NCBI GenBank assembly: GCA_903831815.1
Contig: CAIKZC010000002.1
Coordinates: 7,244-71,243 of the forward strand
DNA length: 64,000 nt
Direction of reading: 5' to 3'
DNA from: an uncultured bacterium
Lineage (GTDB): Bacteria > Patescibacteriota > Minisyncoccia > Phycocordibacterales > UBA11359
Shown here piece by piece: positions 18,153 through 27,260 of this stretch (the first letter of the stretch is position 1; each line of letters starts with the position of its first letter). The translations under genes were made by a program, and so were the position numbers. The notes beneath the pieces are model-generated. The model saw only the letters and a list, made by a program, of their open reading frames with translations. It did no database searches and was not told the origin of the DNA.

Positions 18153-20054
18153 TTATCTATTCACCACGCCCCATCCACTCTTAAATTGCGGGTCATCAAT
18201 GATATCCGTCGTCACAGAATCTGCTGACGATGTCAAAGCGGAATTTGTATATGTATCGTTGGCCTTTAAAGTGCTGTCTCCCATCAAGATCGGTATTGTG
18301 CCAACTTGAGAGAGACTTGGTAAGATCGAAACTTGGAAAGAAACTTGTCTTGGCGCGGAAGTGAATCCTGTATTGGTTTTAATATTTCCAACATTCCAAT
18401 CAACTTCGCCGGAAATAGGATCGTAAGTCAACGCTTCATTTTGTGGACTCACATTATTTAGAAACTTCACATATGAAGGCAAAACTGCCGACACCACAAC
18501 GTTTGAAATGTTGTTAAATGTATTGGAAATAGACCAATTTATCGTATACGTCGTATTTTGTTCGACTTTTGGCGGGATCGGTCCGGTATTATTTAAAGAT
18601 CCGGAACTATAAACGGCATTTGCCATAAGAGCAATATTTGAAGCTACGACGACACTGCGAGAAATGCCTGAAGAGATCGATATATTCCCGCTGCTTCCGA
18701 CCTGCGTAGCATTGACATTAGTGGACAGATTTATCTTCTGACTGCTTTTGGAATAAGAAGCGCCAACCGAGTACGGCAAAGTTTTAAAACTAAACTGCAC
18801 GGTACCTTTATCGCCCGGACTCAAAAAACCAAGTGCTGGAAGATTCCTTTTATCCCAAGTAATCGTATTGTCGGCCGATTGATAAAATCCTTGCGTCGAA
18901 AAAATATTATTTTTATCCAGTATCACGCCATCAAATTTCACCACGATCACGGCATCCGAAATGGAGGTCGACATATTATTGCTGTACGAAAGAGTCGCGT
19001 TGACAATATCCCCCGCCCTCACCGGATAAGGGTTTGAATTATTGTTATCGAAGGTCAAATCCAATCCGATAAAAGGTTTTTGGATCTTAACTGTTTCCGT
19101 ATCGGCATAAAAAACCGTTGCGATTTTATGAGTGTCTATGGGATTGTTAATGCCGACATTAAATTTGAAAGCTCGGTCCTCATTTTCTTGACCTTCAATT
19201 TTTCCGCTTACCATTATAGTTTTGTTTTCACCGGGAGCCAGATCGCCGATTTGCCAAACATTATTGTCTAGGCTTGCCGAAGGAACGGCATTTTTGAAGG
19301 TAAATCCAAATGGATATTGAGCATTAAGAGCCAAATTATTGAGAACTTCCGTGGAGTTTGAAGTTACAGTCACGGCAAAGGAAACATCCTGTCCAGAATT
19401 CACCTCCGCGACATGAGAAACGACCACCGAGACCGGGCTGGCGCCAAGAGTAAATAAATAATCTTTATTTCTTGCGAATAAGTTAGTCGAACCTAAAACA
19501 TGATACTCAACCGAAATTTTTATTTTTTCTTGAGTTCCTTCGAGTCCAAAAAATGCCGCATTAAAAGTGCGATCCAAATGGCCACCCGTTGCGAGGTTAC
19601 CGAGAGATATATGATCTTGAACTAAGGGTTCGGTTTGCGAAGCGTCCTTTCTGGCGCCATCCGGGTATTCGATATTTAAATATGCATCCTGCAGATCAAC
19701 CTGATTTTTGTTATCTATGGAAACAGCAAATGTCGAATCTCTACCCGCATCAATCGTCGGAGATCCGGTAACGGCAATATCGACATTGTCGGCTGAAATA
19801 GTGTTATAGCCGTTGTAATAAATGAATCCGGCGATACAAACTGCGACAAAAAAGAAAATGAAAGAAAACCAGACCAAAATTTTACCCAAAGGCCATTTGG
19901 TTTTTTTAATTGTATCAATTGGCGGAGTCCAAGTATCCTTTACTTCGTAAGTTTTATTGGGAAGATCATGAACGGGACTATCGGGCTTGAAATTTTGACG
20001 TGAATAAAGAGTCTTTTTTAAATCTTCAATTTTATTTTTATCGTCGGGGAACAT
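18153..20054 (-). CDS. large membrane-anchored extracellular hypothetical protein
   Basis: Single N-terminal TM (ILVWFSFIFFFVAVCIAGFIY) followed by about 570 aa of beta-rich repeats (Ig/DUF11-like). No catalytic motif recognised. Confidence 0.4.
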   Translation of the reverse strand: MFPDDKNKIEDLKKTLYSRQNFKPDSPVHDLPNKTYEVKDTWTPPIDTIKKTKWPLGKILVWFSFIFFFVAVCIAGFIYYNGYNTISADNVDIAVTGSPTIDAGRDSTFAVSIDNKNQVDLQDAYLNIEYPDGARKDASQTEPLVQDHISLGNLATGGHLDRTFNAAFFGLEGTQEKIKISVEYHVLGSTNLFARNKDYLFTLGASPVSVVVSHVAEVNSGQDVSFAVTVTSNSTEVLNNLALNAQYPFGFTFKNAVPSASLDNNVWQIGDLAPGENKTIMVSGKIEGQENEDRAFKFNVGINNPIDTHKIATVFYADTETVKIQKPFIGLDLTFDNNNSNPYPVRAGDIVNATLSYSNNMSTSISDAVIVVKFDGVILDKNNIFSTQGFYQSADNTITWDKRNLPALGFLSPGDKGTVQFSFKTLPYSVGASYSKSSQKINLSTNVNATQVGSSGNISISSGISRSVVVASNIALMANAVYSSGSLNNTGPIPPKVEQNTTYTINWSISNTFNNISNVVVSAVLPSYVKFLNNVSPQNEALTYDPISGEVDWNVGNIKTNTGFTSAPRQVSFQVSILPSLSQVGTIPILMGDSTLKANDTYTNSALTSSADSVTTDIIDDPQFKSGWGVVNR

Positions 20055-20089
20055 GAATAATATTATACCACAGGAGTAAACTCGCGCTT

Positions 20090-20692
20090 CTAGAGTTGTG
20101 TTTCTTTGATAGAAGAATTGATGAAATTGATGGCTTGCGAGCGAAAATTGGACATATTTTCAATCATTTCGGACGATAGCGCATCGTTGATGCACCATAA
20201 AAGCTCGGTTGGTGGCGCAAAATATCCGAGAGTATAGAGTATTTGGAGGAGCAAGATGAATTCGAGATTCATGACCTGTTTGATCGTTGGCAATTTGTTT
20301 TTTGTTCCACAGGTTAAATAGATTAAACCTTCGGAAAGATGATCGAAAAGCGCTTCGTTCTTTTCTTCGCCGTTTACTAGCCGGCGCACTAAACTTAAAA
20401 CACGAGATATCATGGCGACACTTTGCGGAACATCTTTTATTTGCCAATAAATATTGGAAATTTCACGCGCATTGACCACACGCCAACCGGCGCGACCGCG
20501 CACCAGAGAAACTTCAGAGATGGAAAGCGGTTGCAAACTGAAACGTAACTTTGAAGTTGAAAGACGCACCCCTTGCGCGGTCGCCAAAACCATTCCAAGT
20601 TCACGCGTAAAGATCCAATAATTTTTATTGGCTTCGCGAACATTAATAGCCTCGATGACTATTCCCCGCGTATGGTAGATATGATGACTCAT
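20090..20692 (-). CDS. recO: DNA repair protein RecO
   Basis: TRGIVIEAINVREANKNYWIFTRELGMVLATAQGVRLSTSKLRFSLQPLSISEVSL matches the RecO N-terminal OB-fold pattern. 200 aa. Confidence 0.6.
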   Translation of the reverse strand: MSHHIYHTRGIVIEAINVREANKNYWIFTRELGMVLATAQGVRLSTSKLRFSLQPLSISEVSLVRGRAGWRVVNAREISNIYWQIKDVPQSVAMISRVLSLVRRLVNGEEKNEALFDHLSEGLIYLTCGTKNKLPTIKQVMNLEFILLLQILYTLGYFAPPTELLWCINDALSSEMIENMSNFRSQAINFINSSIKETQL

Positions 20693-20698
20693 ATTTTT

Positions 20699-23600
20699 CT
20701 AAACTTTTTTGAGTTGTACTGTAAGGTGAAGGTCTTCGGCGACCACGGGGGTGCCGGTCGTGTTTTGAACGAAGGACGGCGCACTGACCAAATTTACTTT
20801 TTTAACAAGTTCATCATTATATTTTTTAATAAAAGCCACCGTCATATCATCACCGGAAAATTCCATCGATGCCTTATCTTGCGGATTAAATTCCATCTCT
20901 TTACGAACCTCTTGAATAGCGCGCATGAGCTCGCGCAATTTCCCCTCTTCGATAAGTTCCGGTGTCATTTTAACATCAACAAGAACCGTAACATCGTTTG
21001 CCGTCATGCTTTCGTTATTTTTTTCTTTCAATCCTAAACTTCGCTTAACCAATTTTACGTTCAATTCCTCGGCAATGATCGACTCAAATTCCGGAGAAAG
21101 CATATTTTCCGCATCATATTCAATTCCAGCAAGCGGTTGACGAACTTTTTTGCCTTCTTTGGCTCTAAAAGCCAATCCAACTTCAACGATTTTTCGCACG
21201 GTGTTCATGTCGGTCAAAATTTTGACATCATAATTCTCACAAACCGGCCAAACACGTAAATGAACACTTTCAGCATCTGTTTCATTTTTAACTTTCTGGT
21301 AGATATCTTCGGCAATAAAAGGCATAAATGGTGCGATCAAAATTGAAAATTCAAACAAAACATATCGCATAGTAGCCAAGGCAGCCTCTTTGTCCGCAGC
21401 ATCGTCGCCTTTGAAACGATCACGTGATCGACGCAAATACCAAACGGAAAAATCTTCAATGAAATCATCAATCGGACGCGCCGCTTTGTCTAGCATGTAA
21501 GCGCCAAGAGCGCCGGTAATAGTGTTACAAGTTTGAGATAATCGAGCTAAAATCCAGCGGTCTAAGACATTTTCACTATTTTTGTAAGCTGCAGAATTGT
21601 CGGCATAAAGTGCGTAAAAAGAATAAATATTATTCAAACGCATCAAAAGTTTTTTAACGACCTCATCAAGACCTTTTTCGGAAAAGAGCAGTTCTTCGGA
21701 TTTTACGGCCGGACTCGACATCAAATAATAACGTAGAGCGTCGGCGGAATATTTATCGACGGCTGGCATTATTTCGGGAAAATTTTTCAATCTCTTGGAC
21801 ATCTTTTTGCCGTCTTCTGCCAAGACCAAACCGTTCACTATCACATTTTTGTATGGCGACTCATTGAAAAGCGCCACACCTAAAACAATCAAAGTGTAAA
21901 ACCATCCACGAGTCTGGTCTAGTCCTTCACCAATAAAATCAGCCGGGAAATTTTTGTGTTTTTCGGCATCAAAAACCGTTTTTTCAAAAGGATAATGATT
22001 TTGCGCATATGGCATCGAACCGGAATCGTACCAAGTATCAAAAACATCCAAGACACGCGCAAATTTACCGCCACACTCACAAGGCCATGAAATATCATCG
22101 ATATAAGGTCGATGGAGGTCAAGCTCCAATTTTTCATTGCGAGGGATATGATAGAAATGATGTTGCTTTACTTCTCCCGGATGCAAATAATCTTCATCTT
22201 TGGTTGCCGAAATTGCCAATATTTGTTTGCGAGTAAGCCCTTGCGCACCCATTCGCATAAAGAAAAGCGGATCGTCGTGACTTACGATCAAAATATTTTT
22301 ACCCTCATTTTCCTTATCAATGCCTATCAAAAATTCAGTCACGCGATTTCTCACGTTTTCCACCGTCTCCCCACCATTTGGTGCTTTGATATAGCGTTCC
22401 TCTTTATTTTTAAACAATGCATGATATTCCGCGCAACTTTTGCCATCCATTTCACCAACGTTCAATTCGCGAATTCGTTTATCAAAAATGATTTTTTCAA
22501 TCGGAAACCCAATCGTTTCCGCCACGATCTCGGCCGTTTCTTTGGTCCGAACAAAATCAGAAGCGTAGATAATATCGATTTTTTTGCCTTTCAAACTTTT
22601 AGCCGATTTCGCCACGTCATCTCTACCTTTTTCGGTAAGATGATGTTGATTTTCAACTTTTGAACTCAAAATATTTTTAACATTATGCTCGCCTTCGCCG
22701 TGACGCATCAGGAAATAAGTATTCGAGCTTCTAACCTTTTGTTTGAGGTCGTCGATCGAACCGAGTACTTCGATCTTTTTACATTCCTTGCAACGCCAGA
22801 TCGGCATGGCTGTACCCCAATATCGCTGTCGTGAAATACCCCAATCTTTGGCGCCTTCCAGCCAATTTCCAAAGCGCGCTTCACCGACATAATCCGGCAC
22901 CCAATGAATTTTATTATTTTCCGCAACCAAACGCTTTTTGATTTCAGTCACTTTTACGAACCATGAAGAAGTCGCATAGTTGAGAAGCGGCGTATCACAT
23001 CGCCAACAATGGGGATATGAGTGAATTATTTTTTCTTTAGCAAAAAGATTGCCCTTACCGGCCAAATATTTGATGATCTCGATATCGGCTTTTTGATGAT
23101 CGCCTTTCGGTTTTACGTCCTGCCCAGCAAATTCAATGACTTCCTTTTTAAATTTTCCGTCGGCGCTGACATGTTGAACAAATGGAATTTTTTTCTCCTG
23201 TGACAATTGCAGATCATCCTCGCCAAAACCGGGCGCAATATGCACTACTCCCGTACCATCTTCGATCGTGACAAATTCGGCTTCGTATACATGCCAAGCA
23301 TTCTCTTTGTTCGGCAATTCAGTATCTTTGTAATATGGAAAAATCGGTTCGTATGATTTACCGACCAATTTTGTACCCTTAAATTCATCTTCAACGGTAT
23401 ATGCCGACTTTATCGTCGACAATCGATTTTTGGCCAGAATAAGTTTAATGGTTTTTTCTGGATTTTTCTCATCAACGATGGAGATTTGGACATAATCAAT
23501 CTTCGAATTTACAGCTAAAGCAAAGTTACCAGGCAATGTCCAAGGTGTCGTCGTCCAAGCCAGCAAAAAAGTGTCCGGTACAATCTCGTCTTTTTTATCC

Positions 23601-24295
23601 TTCAACTGAAACTTCACATAAACCGAAATATCGGTGATATCTTTGTAACCTTGGTTGACTTCAAAGTTGGAAAGCGTCGTGCCGCAATGCGGACAGAGAT
23701 GCACCGATTTATAACCTTCGTAAGCCAGATCTTTTTTGAAAAGCTCTTTGAACGACCACCAAACGGATTCCATATAGGTCGAATCCATGGTCATATAATA
23801 ATTGTCCATGTCCACAAAACGACCGAGACGCGGAATTATTTTTTTCCAATCGGCGTAATATCGCAAAACGCTTTCGCGTGCGGCTTTGTTAAATTTTTCG
23901 ATACCGTATTCCTCGATCTCTTTTTTATTCTTAAGCCCAAGTTCCTTTTCGATCAAATTTTCTATCGGCAAGCCATGACAATCCCAACCCCAACGACGAG
24001 TGACGTGATAACCTTGCATCGTTTTGAAACGTGGGATCACATCTTTCATTGTGCCGGAAAGGATATGACCATAGTGTGGCAAACCGGTCGCAAATGGTGG
24101 ACCATCGTAAAAAGTAAACTCACCTTTTGGCGCGTCTTTTTGCAAAGTTTTTTCAAAAATTTTGCTTTCATCCCAAAAAGCCAAAATCTCTTCCTCGCGA
24201 GCGGCTAATGCGCTTTTCAAAGGAACTTCTTTCGCCGGTTTAACGGATTCACTTCCCTTTTCTTTTTTAACTTTGTCTGTCGCCATATATTGAAA
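20699..24295 (-). CDS. ileS: isoleucyl-tRNA synthetase carrying an internal histidine-phosphatase (PGAM-like) domain insertion of about 200 aa
   Basis: HIGH PFATGLPHYGH, KMSKS KMSKRLKNFP, editing domain. The insertion lies between WGISRQRYWG and VLDVFDTWYDSG and carries RHGEGEHN and ILIVSHDDPLFFMR motifs. Start taken at MATDK (24295); the track ORF extends to 24367. Confidence 0.85.
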   Translation of the reverse strand, partial: FQYMATDKVKKEKGSESVKPAKEVPLKSALAAREEEILAFWDESKIFEKTLQKDAPKGEFTFYDGPPFATGLPHYGHILSGTMKDVIPRFKTMQGYHVTRRWGWDCHGLPIENLIEKELGLKNKKEIEEYGIEKFNKAARESVLRYYADWKKIIPRLGRFVDMDNYYMTMDSTYMESVWWSFKELFKKDLAYEGYKSVHLCPHCGTTLSNFEVNQGYKDITDISVYVKFQLKDKKDEIVPDTFLLAWTTTPWTLPGNFALAVNSKIDYVQISIVDEKNPEKTIKLILAKNRLSTIKSAYTVEDEFKGTKLVGKSYEPIFPYYKDTELPNKENAWHVYEAEFVTIEDGTGVVHIAPGFGEDDLQLSQEKKIPFVQHVSADGKFKKEVIEFAGQDVKPKGDHQKADIEIIKYLAGKGNLFAKEKIIHSYPHCWRCDTPLLNYATSSWFVKVTEIKKRLVAENNKIHWVPDYVGEARFGNWLEGAKDWGISRQRYWGTAMPIWRCKECKKIEVLGSIDDLKQKVRSSNTYFLMRHGEGEHNVKNILSSKVENQHHLTEKGRDDVAKSAKSLKGKKIDIIYASDFVRTKETAEIVAETIGFPIEKIIFDKRIRELNVGEMDGKSCAEYHALFKNKEERYIKAPNGGETVENVRNRVTEFLIGIDKENEGKNILIVSHDDPLFFMRMGAQGLTRKQILAISATKDEDYLHPGEVKQHHFYHIPRNEKLELDLHRPYIDDISWPCECGGKFARVLDVFDTWYDSGSMPYAQNHYPFEKTVFDAEKHKNFPADFIGEGLDQTRGWFYTLIVLGVALFNESPYKNVIVNGLVLAEDGKKMSKRLKNFPEIMPAVDKYSADALRYYLMSSPAVKSEELLFSEKGLDEVVKKLLMRLNNIYSFYALYADNSAAYKNSENVLDRWILARLSQTCNTITGALGAYMLDKAARPIDDFIEDFSVWYLRRSRDRFKGDDAADKEAALATMRYVLFEFSILIAPFMPFIAEDIYQKVKNETDAESVHLRVWPVCENYDVKILTDMNTVRKIVEVGLAFRAKEGKKVRQPLAGIEYDAENMLSPEFESIIAEELNVKLVKRSLGLKEKNNESMTANDVTVLVDVKMTPELIEEGKLRELMRAIQEVRKEMEFNPQDKASMEFSGDDMTVAFIKKYNDELVKKVNLVSAPSFVQNTTGTPVVAEDLHLTVQLKKV

Positions 24296-24382
24296 CATAC
24301 TAGCATTTTTCCTGATTTTATAAAAGAAAAGCCCGACGGTAAAGTAACCGAAGGGCTGGAATGCCACGAATGCGAAACATTA

Positions 24383-24763
24383 TCAAAATGCCGGAGTCGA
24401 ACCCTTGTGATCCCACATGCTTCCCCGGAAAAGAGCGTTGCGAACCCTGCGTCGCCGAAGAGCAAGTTTGTTCCCCGCCACAAACGTGTAGGGCCTCAGG
24501 GTCGGGACGTCGTCGGTGGAGTGCCAAATCTTCAGATCGAAGTGGCTATTCCGCCGGCTTTTGTCGATCAGCCGCATATCTTTGTAGAACACTTCACAAA
24601 CGGTATGAGGCAGGCCCTTGCTATCACGCAAGGTCATTGGCTCGGAAAACATGATCCCCTTCCCAATACTGTTCTCGGTATGAGTATCATGCCCCTCAAT
24701 GAAATACCTCTCCGGCCTGGTGCCTGGAGGATAAACCTTCGCCGCCTTCTTTTTTCTGGTCAC
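24383..24763 (-). CDS. GC-richer orphan hypothetical protein (126 aa, GTG start)
   Basis: RBS AAAGGAG 7 nt before the GTG. Downstream hairpin plus T-run at about 24330-24365. Locally higher GC than the flanking ileS/argS. No recognisable domain. Confidence 0.45.
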   Translation of the reverse strand: MTRKKKAAKVYPPGTRPERYFIEGHDTHTENSIGKGIMFSEPMTLRDSKGLPHTVCEVFYKDMRLIDKSRRNSHFDLKIWHSTDDVPTLRPYTFVAGNKLALRRRRVRNALFRGSMWDHKGSTPAF

Positions 24764-24838
24764 GATTAACTCCTTTCAAGTTCAAAAAATTACCATGGTT
24801 CTACCCAACACTAAACAACATTTCAGCGTTTTTTGCAA

Positions 24839-26566
24839 CTACATCTTTTCCGGAACGGAGATACCGAGCAATTTTAAGCCGTGATTCATTATCTGCACGA
24901 AACCGGCTGTCAAAGCGACCTTATAGGAAGCGGTTTCATCAGTTGGATCCACGATTTTGTTGGCGACATAATATGAATTGAATTCTCCGGAAAGTTGGAG
25001 CAAATAAGTTACTATATTCTGCGGAGCAAGATTAACGGTCGCGTGTTCAACGACTTCTTCGAAACGCGCAAGTAATTTTTCAAATTCTGAAACCTCGGCC
25101 GGAATATTTTTCTGAGATGGTTTTATCCCCTCTTTCTTGGCTTTTTGCAGAACCGAGTTGGCGCGCACACTACCGTATTGCAAATACGGACCCGAATCGC
25201 CTTCGAACGAGAGTGATTTTTCAAAATCAAAAATGATGTCGTTACCCGGAGCTTGTTTTAAAATTGAAAACTTAATCGCGGCAATCGCAACCGTATCAAG
25301 AATTTGTTTTTTCTCTTCCCCATTTAATTCACGGTCAGCAATTTTTTCGGCGACCATTTTCTCAACATCATGAATTAAAGATTCGCCGGTGATCACATTA
25401 CCTTTACGCGAACTCATTTTTCCCTCAGCAAAACGTAACATGCCATGGGAAATGTGTCTCATTTTATTAGCCGTTTCCGGAAAAATAAATTCGATAACCT
25501 TGAGCAAAACTTTAAAATATTCATTCTGCTCATTTCCCGTAACTGAAATCGACAGATCAAACGGATAGGTTTCAATTTTACGTTTGGCAAGACCGAGTTC
25601 TTTGGCTTCATAGGTCGGAATACCCTGAGAATTAACAAAAACACGAGTATGTAAGCCGTATTTCTCGCCCTTAAAAACAATCGCTCCCTCGCTTTTTTCA
25701 AATATTCCTTTTTGCAAAAATTCATCAACCAAAAACATGCCAATCGGCGCCATTTCGCTTTCGTAAAATTCAAAATCAAACCGCGTGTCGAGTTTTGGAA
25801 ATATTTCGTGAAAATGTTTTATACTGATCTCCCTACCCCACTTGTATAATTCTTCAATCTTAGCATCGGAATGTTCAAAAATTTTCTTATTTATTTCTTT
25901 TATGTTGTCCGCCAAAATCGGATCACTTTCAAAAGCGGTGTTGCCTTCGGCGTAGACACGACCAATGTAAGCAATTTCAGTCTCTTTACCGGATTTATCG
26001 TACGGAGTTTTCATCATACCCCAAATCGCTTTGGCTACATGCAAGCCCACATCACCTCCATAATATGCGCGTTTCACCTCCGCTCCGGCATTTTCAAAAA
26101 GTCGAGAAATAGTTTCTCCGATTGCATTCGACATCAAGTGCCCGATATGAAATGGTTTGAAAGGATTTGGATCGGTGTATTCGATCATCACCTTTCTGCC
26201 TTTGTGCAAATTATTTTTGCCGTATTCGCTACCATCTTTCAAAATCTGTTCGACAGTTTTGGCAAAAAATTCGCGGGTAAAATAAAAATTAATGAAACCG
26301 GGACCCGCGATCTCGATCCTCTCAACTTCAGAAAGTTTGTTTTTGCGAAATACTCCGCTTTTACGCTGTTTTTCCAATTCCAAAACGATCTTTTCGGCCA
26401 AGACACGCGGATTTTGTTTAGTAATTTTGGCGTGGATCAAAGCGGCGTTGGTGCTCAAGTCTCCGTGCTCAACGTCGTTCGGATATTCCAAACTAAAATC
26501 AATGACTCCGATCTTTAGATCAGCCAGCGCATCCCCGATTGCTTGTTGTAATTTTTGTTTGATCAT
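24839..26566 (-). CDS. argS: arginyl-tRNA synthetase
   Basis: HIGH motif PFHIGH, N-terminal Arg_tRNA_synt_N-like domain, DALR-type C-terminus. 575 aa. Confidence 0.9.
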   Translation of the reverse strand: MIKQKLQQAIGDALADLKIGVIDFSLEYPNDVEHGDLSTNAALIHAKITKQNPRVLAEKIVLELEKQRKSGVFRKNKLSEVERIEIAGPGFINFYFTREFFAKTVEQILKDGSEYGKNNLHKGRKVMIEYTDPNPFKPFHIGHLMSNAIGETISRLFENAGAEVKRAYYGGDVGLHVAKAIWGMMKTPYDKSGKETEIAYIGRVYAEGNTAFESDPILADNIKEINKKIFEHSDAKIEELYKWGREISIKHFHEIFPKLDTRFDFEFYESEMAPIGMFLVDEFLQKGIFEKSEGAIVFKGEKYGLHTRVFVNSQGIPTYEAKELGLAKRKIETYPFDLSISVTGNEQNEYFKVLLKVIEFIFPETANKMRHISHGMLRFAEGKMSSRKGNVITGESLIHDVEKMVAEKIADRELNGEEKKQILDTVAIAAIKFSILKQAPGNDIIFDFEKSLSFEGDSGPYLQYGSVRANSVLQKAKKEGIKPSQKNIPAEVSEFEKLLARFEEVVEHATVNLAPQNIVTYLLQLSGEFNSYYVANKIVDPTDETASYKVALTAGFVQIMNHGLKLLGISVPEKM

Positions 26567-26596
26567 TTATTGTTTATTTTTCTCTCTATCCTAACA

Positions 26597-27025
26597 TTAT
26601 TTTCTGCCAGTGCTACCAAATTGGCCCATTCCTCGAGCGCTTTCGGATAATTCTGAAACTTCCTCTAGTTTAGCAATTTCAACCGGAAACAGAACAACTT
26701 GAGCAACTTTATCCCCCTTTTCAACCGTGTATGGTTTATCACTCAAATTTACCAAATGAACGTTGTATTCGCCTCTAAAACCGGCGTCAAATACCCCACC
26801 CATTGTGTGAAGTCCGGCTTTGGAAATACTGCCTTTGTCTTTGATGATACCGGCATATCCGATCGGAAATTCCATTGCAAAACCGTTATAAAAGCGATGA
26901 TGTTCACCGGGATTTATCGTCACTTGCTCAAGCGAATACAAATCAAGACCAACATCACCGGCATGTGCATAGCTCGGTAATTTCGCTTCCGGATTCAATC
27001 GTTTAATTTTTACAGTCAGTGCCAT
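26597..27025 (-). CDS. dut: dUTP diphosphatase
   Basis: AGDVGLDLYS, RSGLA-like KSISKAGLH, C-terminal GMGQFGSTG motif. Start at MALTVKIKRL (27025); the track ORF runs to 27070 and overlaps the upstream small ORF's stop. Confidence 0.85.
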   Translation of the reverse strand: MALTVKIKRLNPEAKLPSYAHAGDVGLDLYSLEQVTINPGEHHRFYNGFAMEFPIGYAGIIKDKGSISKAGLHTMGGVFDAGFRGEYNVHLVNLSDKPYTVEKGDKVAQVVLFPVEIAKLEEVSELSESARGMGQFGSTGRK

Positions 27026-27035
27026 TTTTATAAAA

Positions 27036-27254
27036 TTATTCTTCAGAAAAAACCTCCACACAAAGAACATTTTGGTCGTTGACCATTACTAAACGCCCGT
27101 CAGTCGTATTGAATTTAGTAAATTGTCCCTGGGAAATAGAACTGGAAATAACGCCTTTTATCGTTTTCTTAGTACCGCCCATAAAAGTAATGATTTGGGT
27201 CACAGTTTTTCCTTTTGACTCCACTGAAGATTTTAGATCAATTTGTTTAGGCAT
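27036..27254 (-). CDS. small hypothetical protein (72 aa)
   Basis: Complete ORF between glyA and dut on the same strand. No motif recognised. Confidence 0.3.
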   Translation of the reverse strand: MPKQIDLKSSVESKGKTVTQIITFMGGTKKTIKGVISSSISQGQFTKFNTTDGRLVMVNDQNVLCVEVFSEE

Positions 27255-27260
27255 ATTTTT

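Noticed and set aside
22135-22735. Intein inside ileS
   Set aside because: The insertion boundaries lack the Cys/Ser/Thr +1 residue and the C-terminal His-Asn. The insert instead has RHG/SH histidine-phosphatase motifs.
20925-26594. Numerous antisense ORFs inside ileS and argS (e.g. 22112..22663, 23651..24208, 25871..26518, 26292..26594), and similar ones in metG, glyQS, rarA and the T4CP-like gene
   Set aside because: Each is fully contained in the opposite strand of a long, well-supported gene and has low-complexity F/I/K-rich translations typical of shadow frames.
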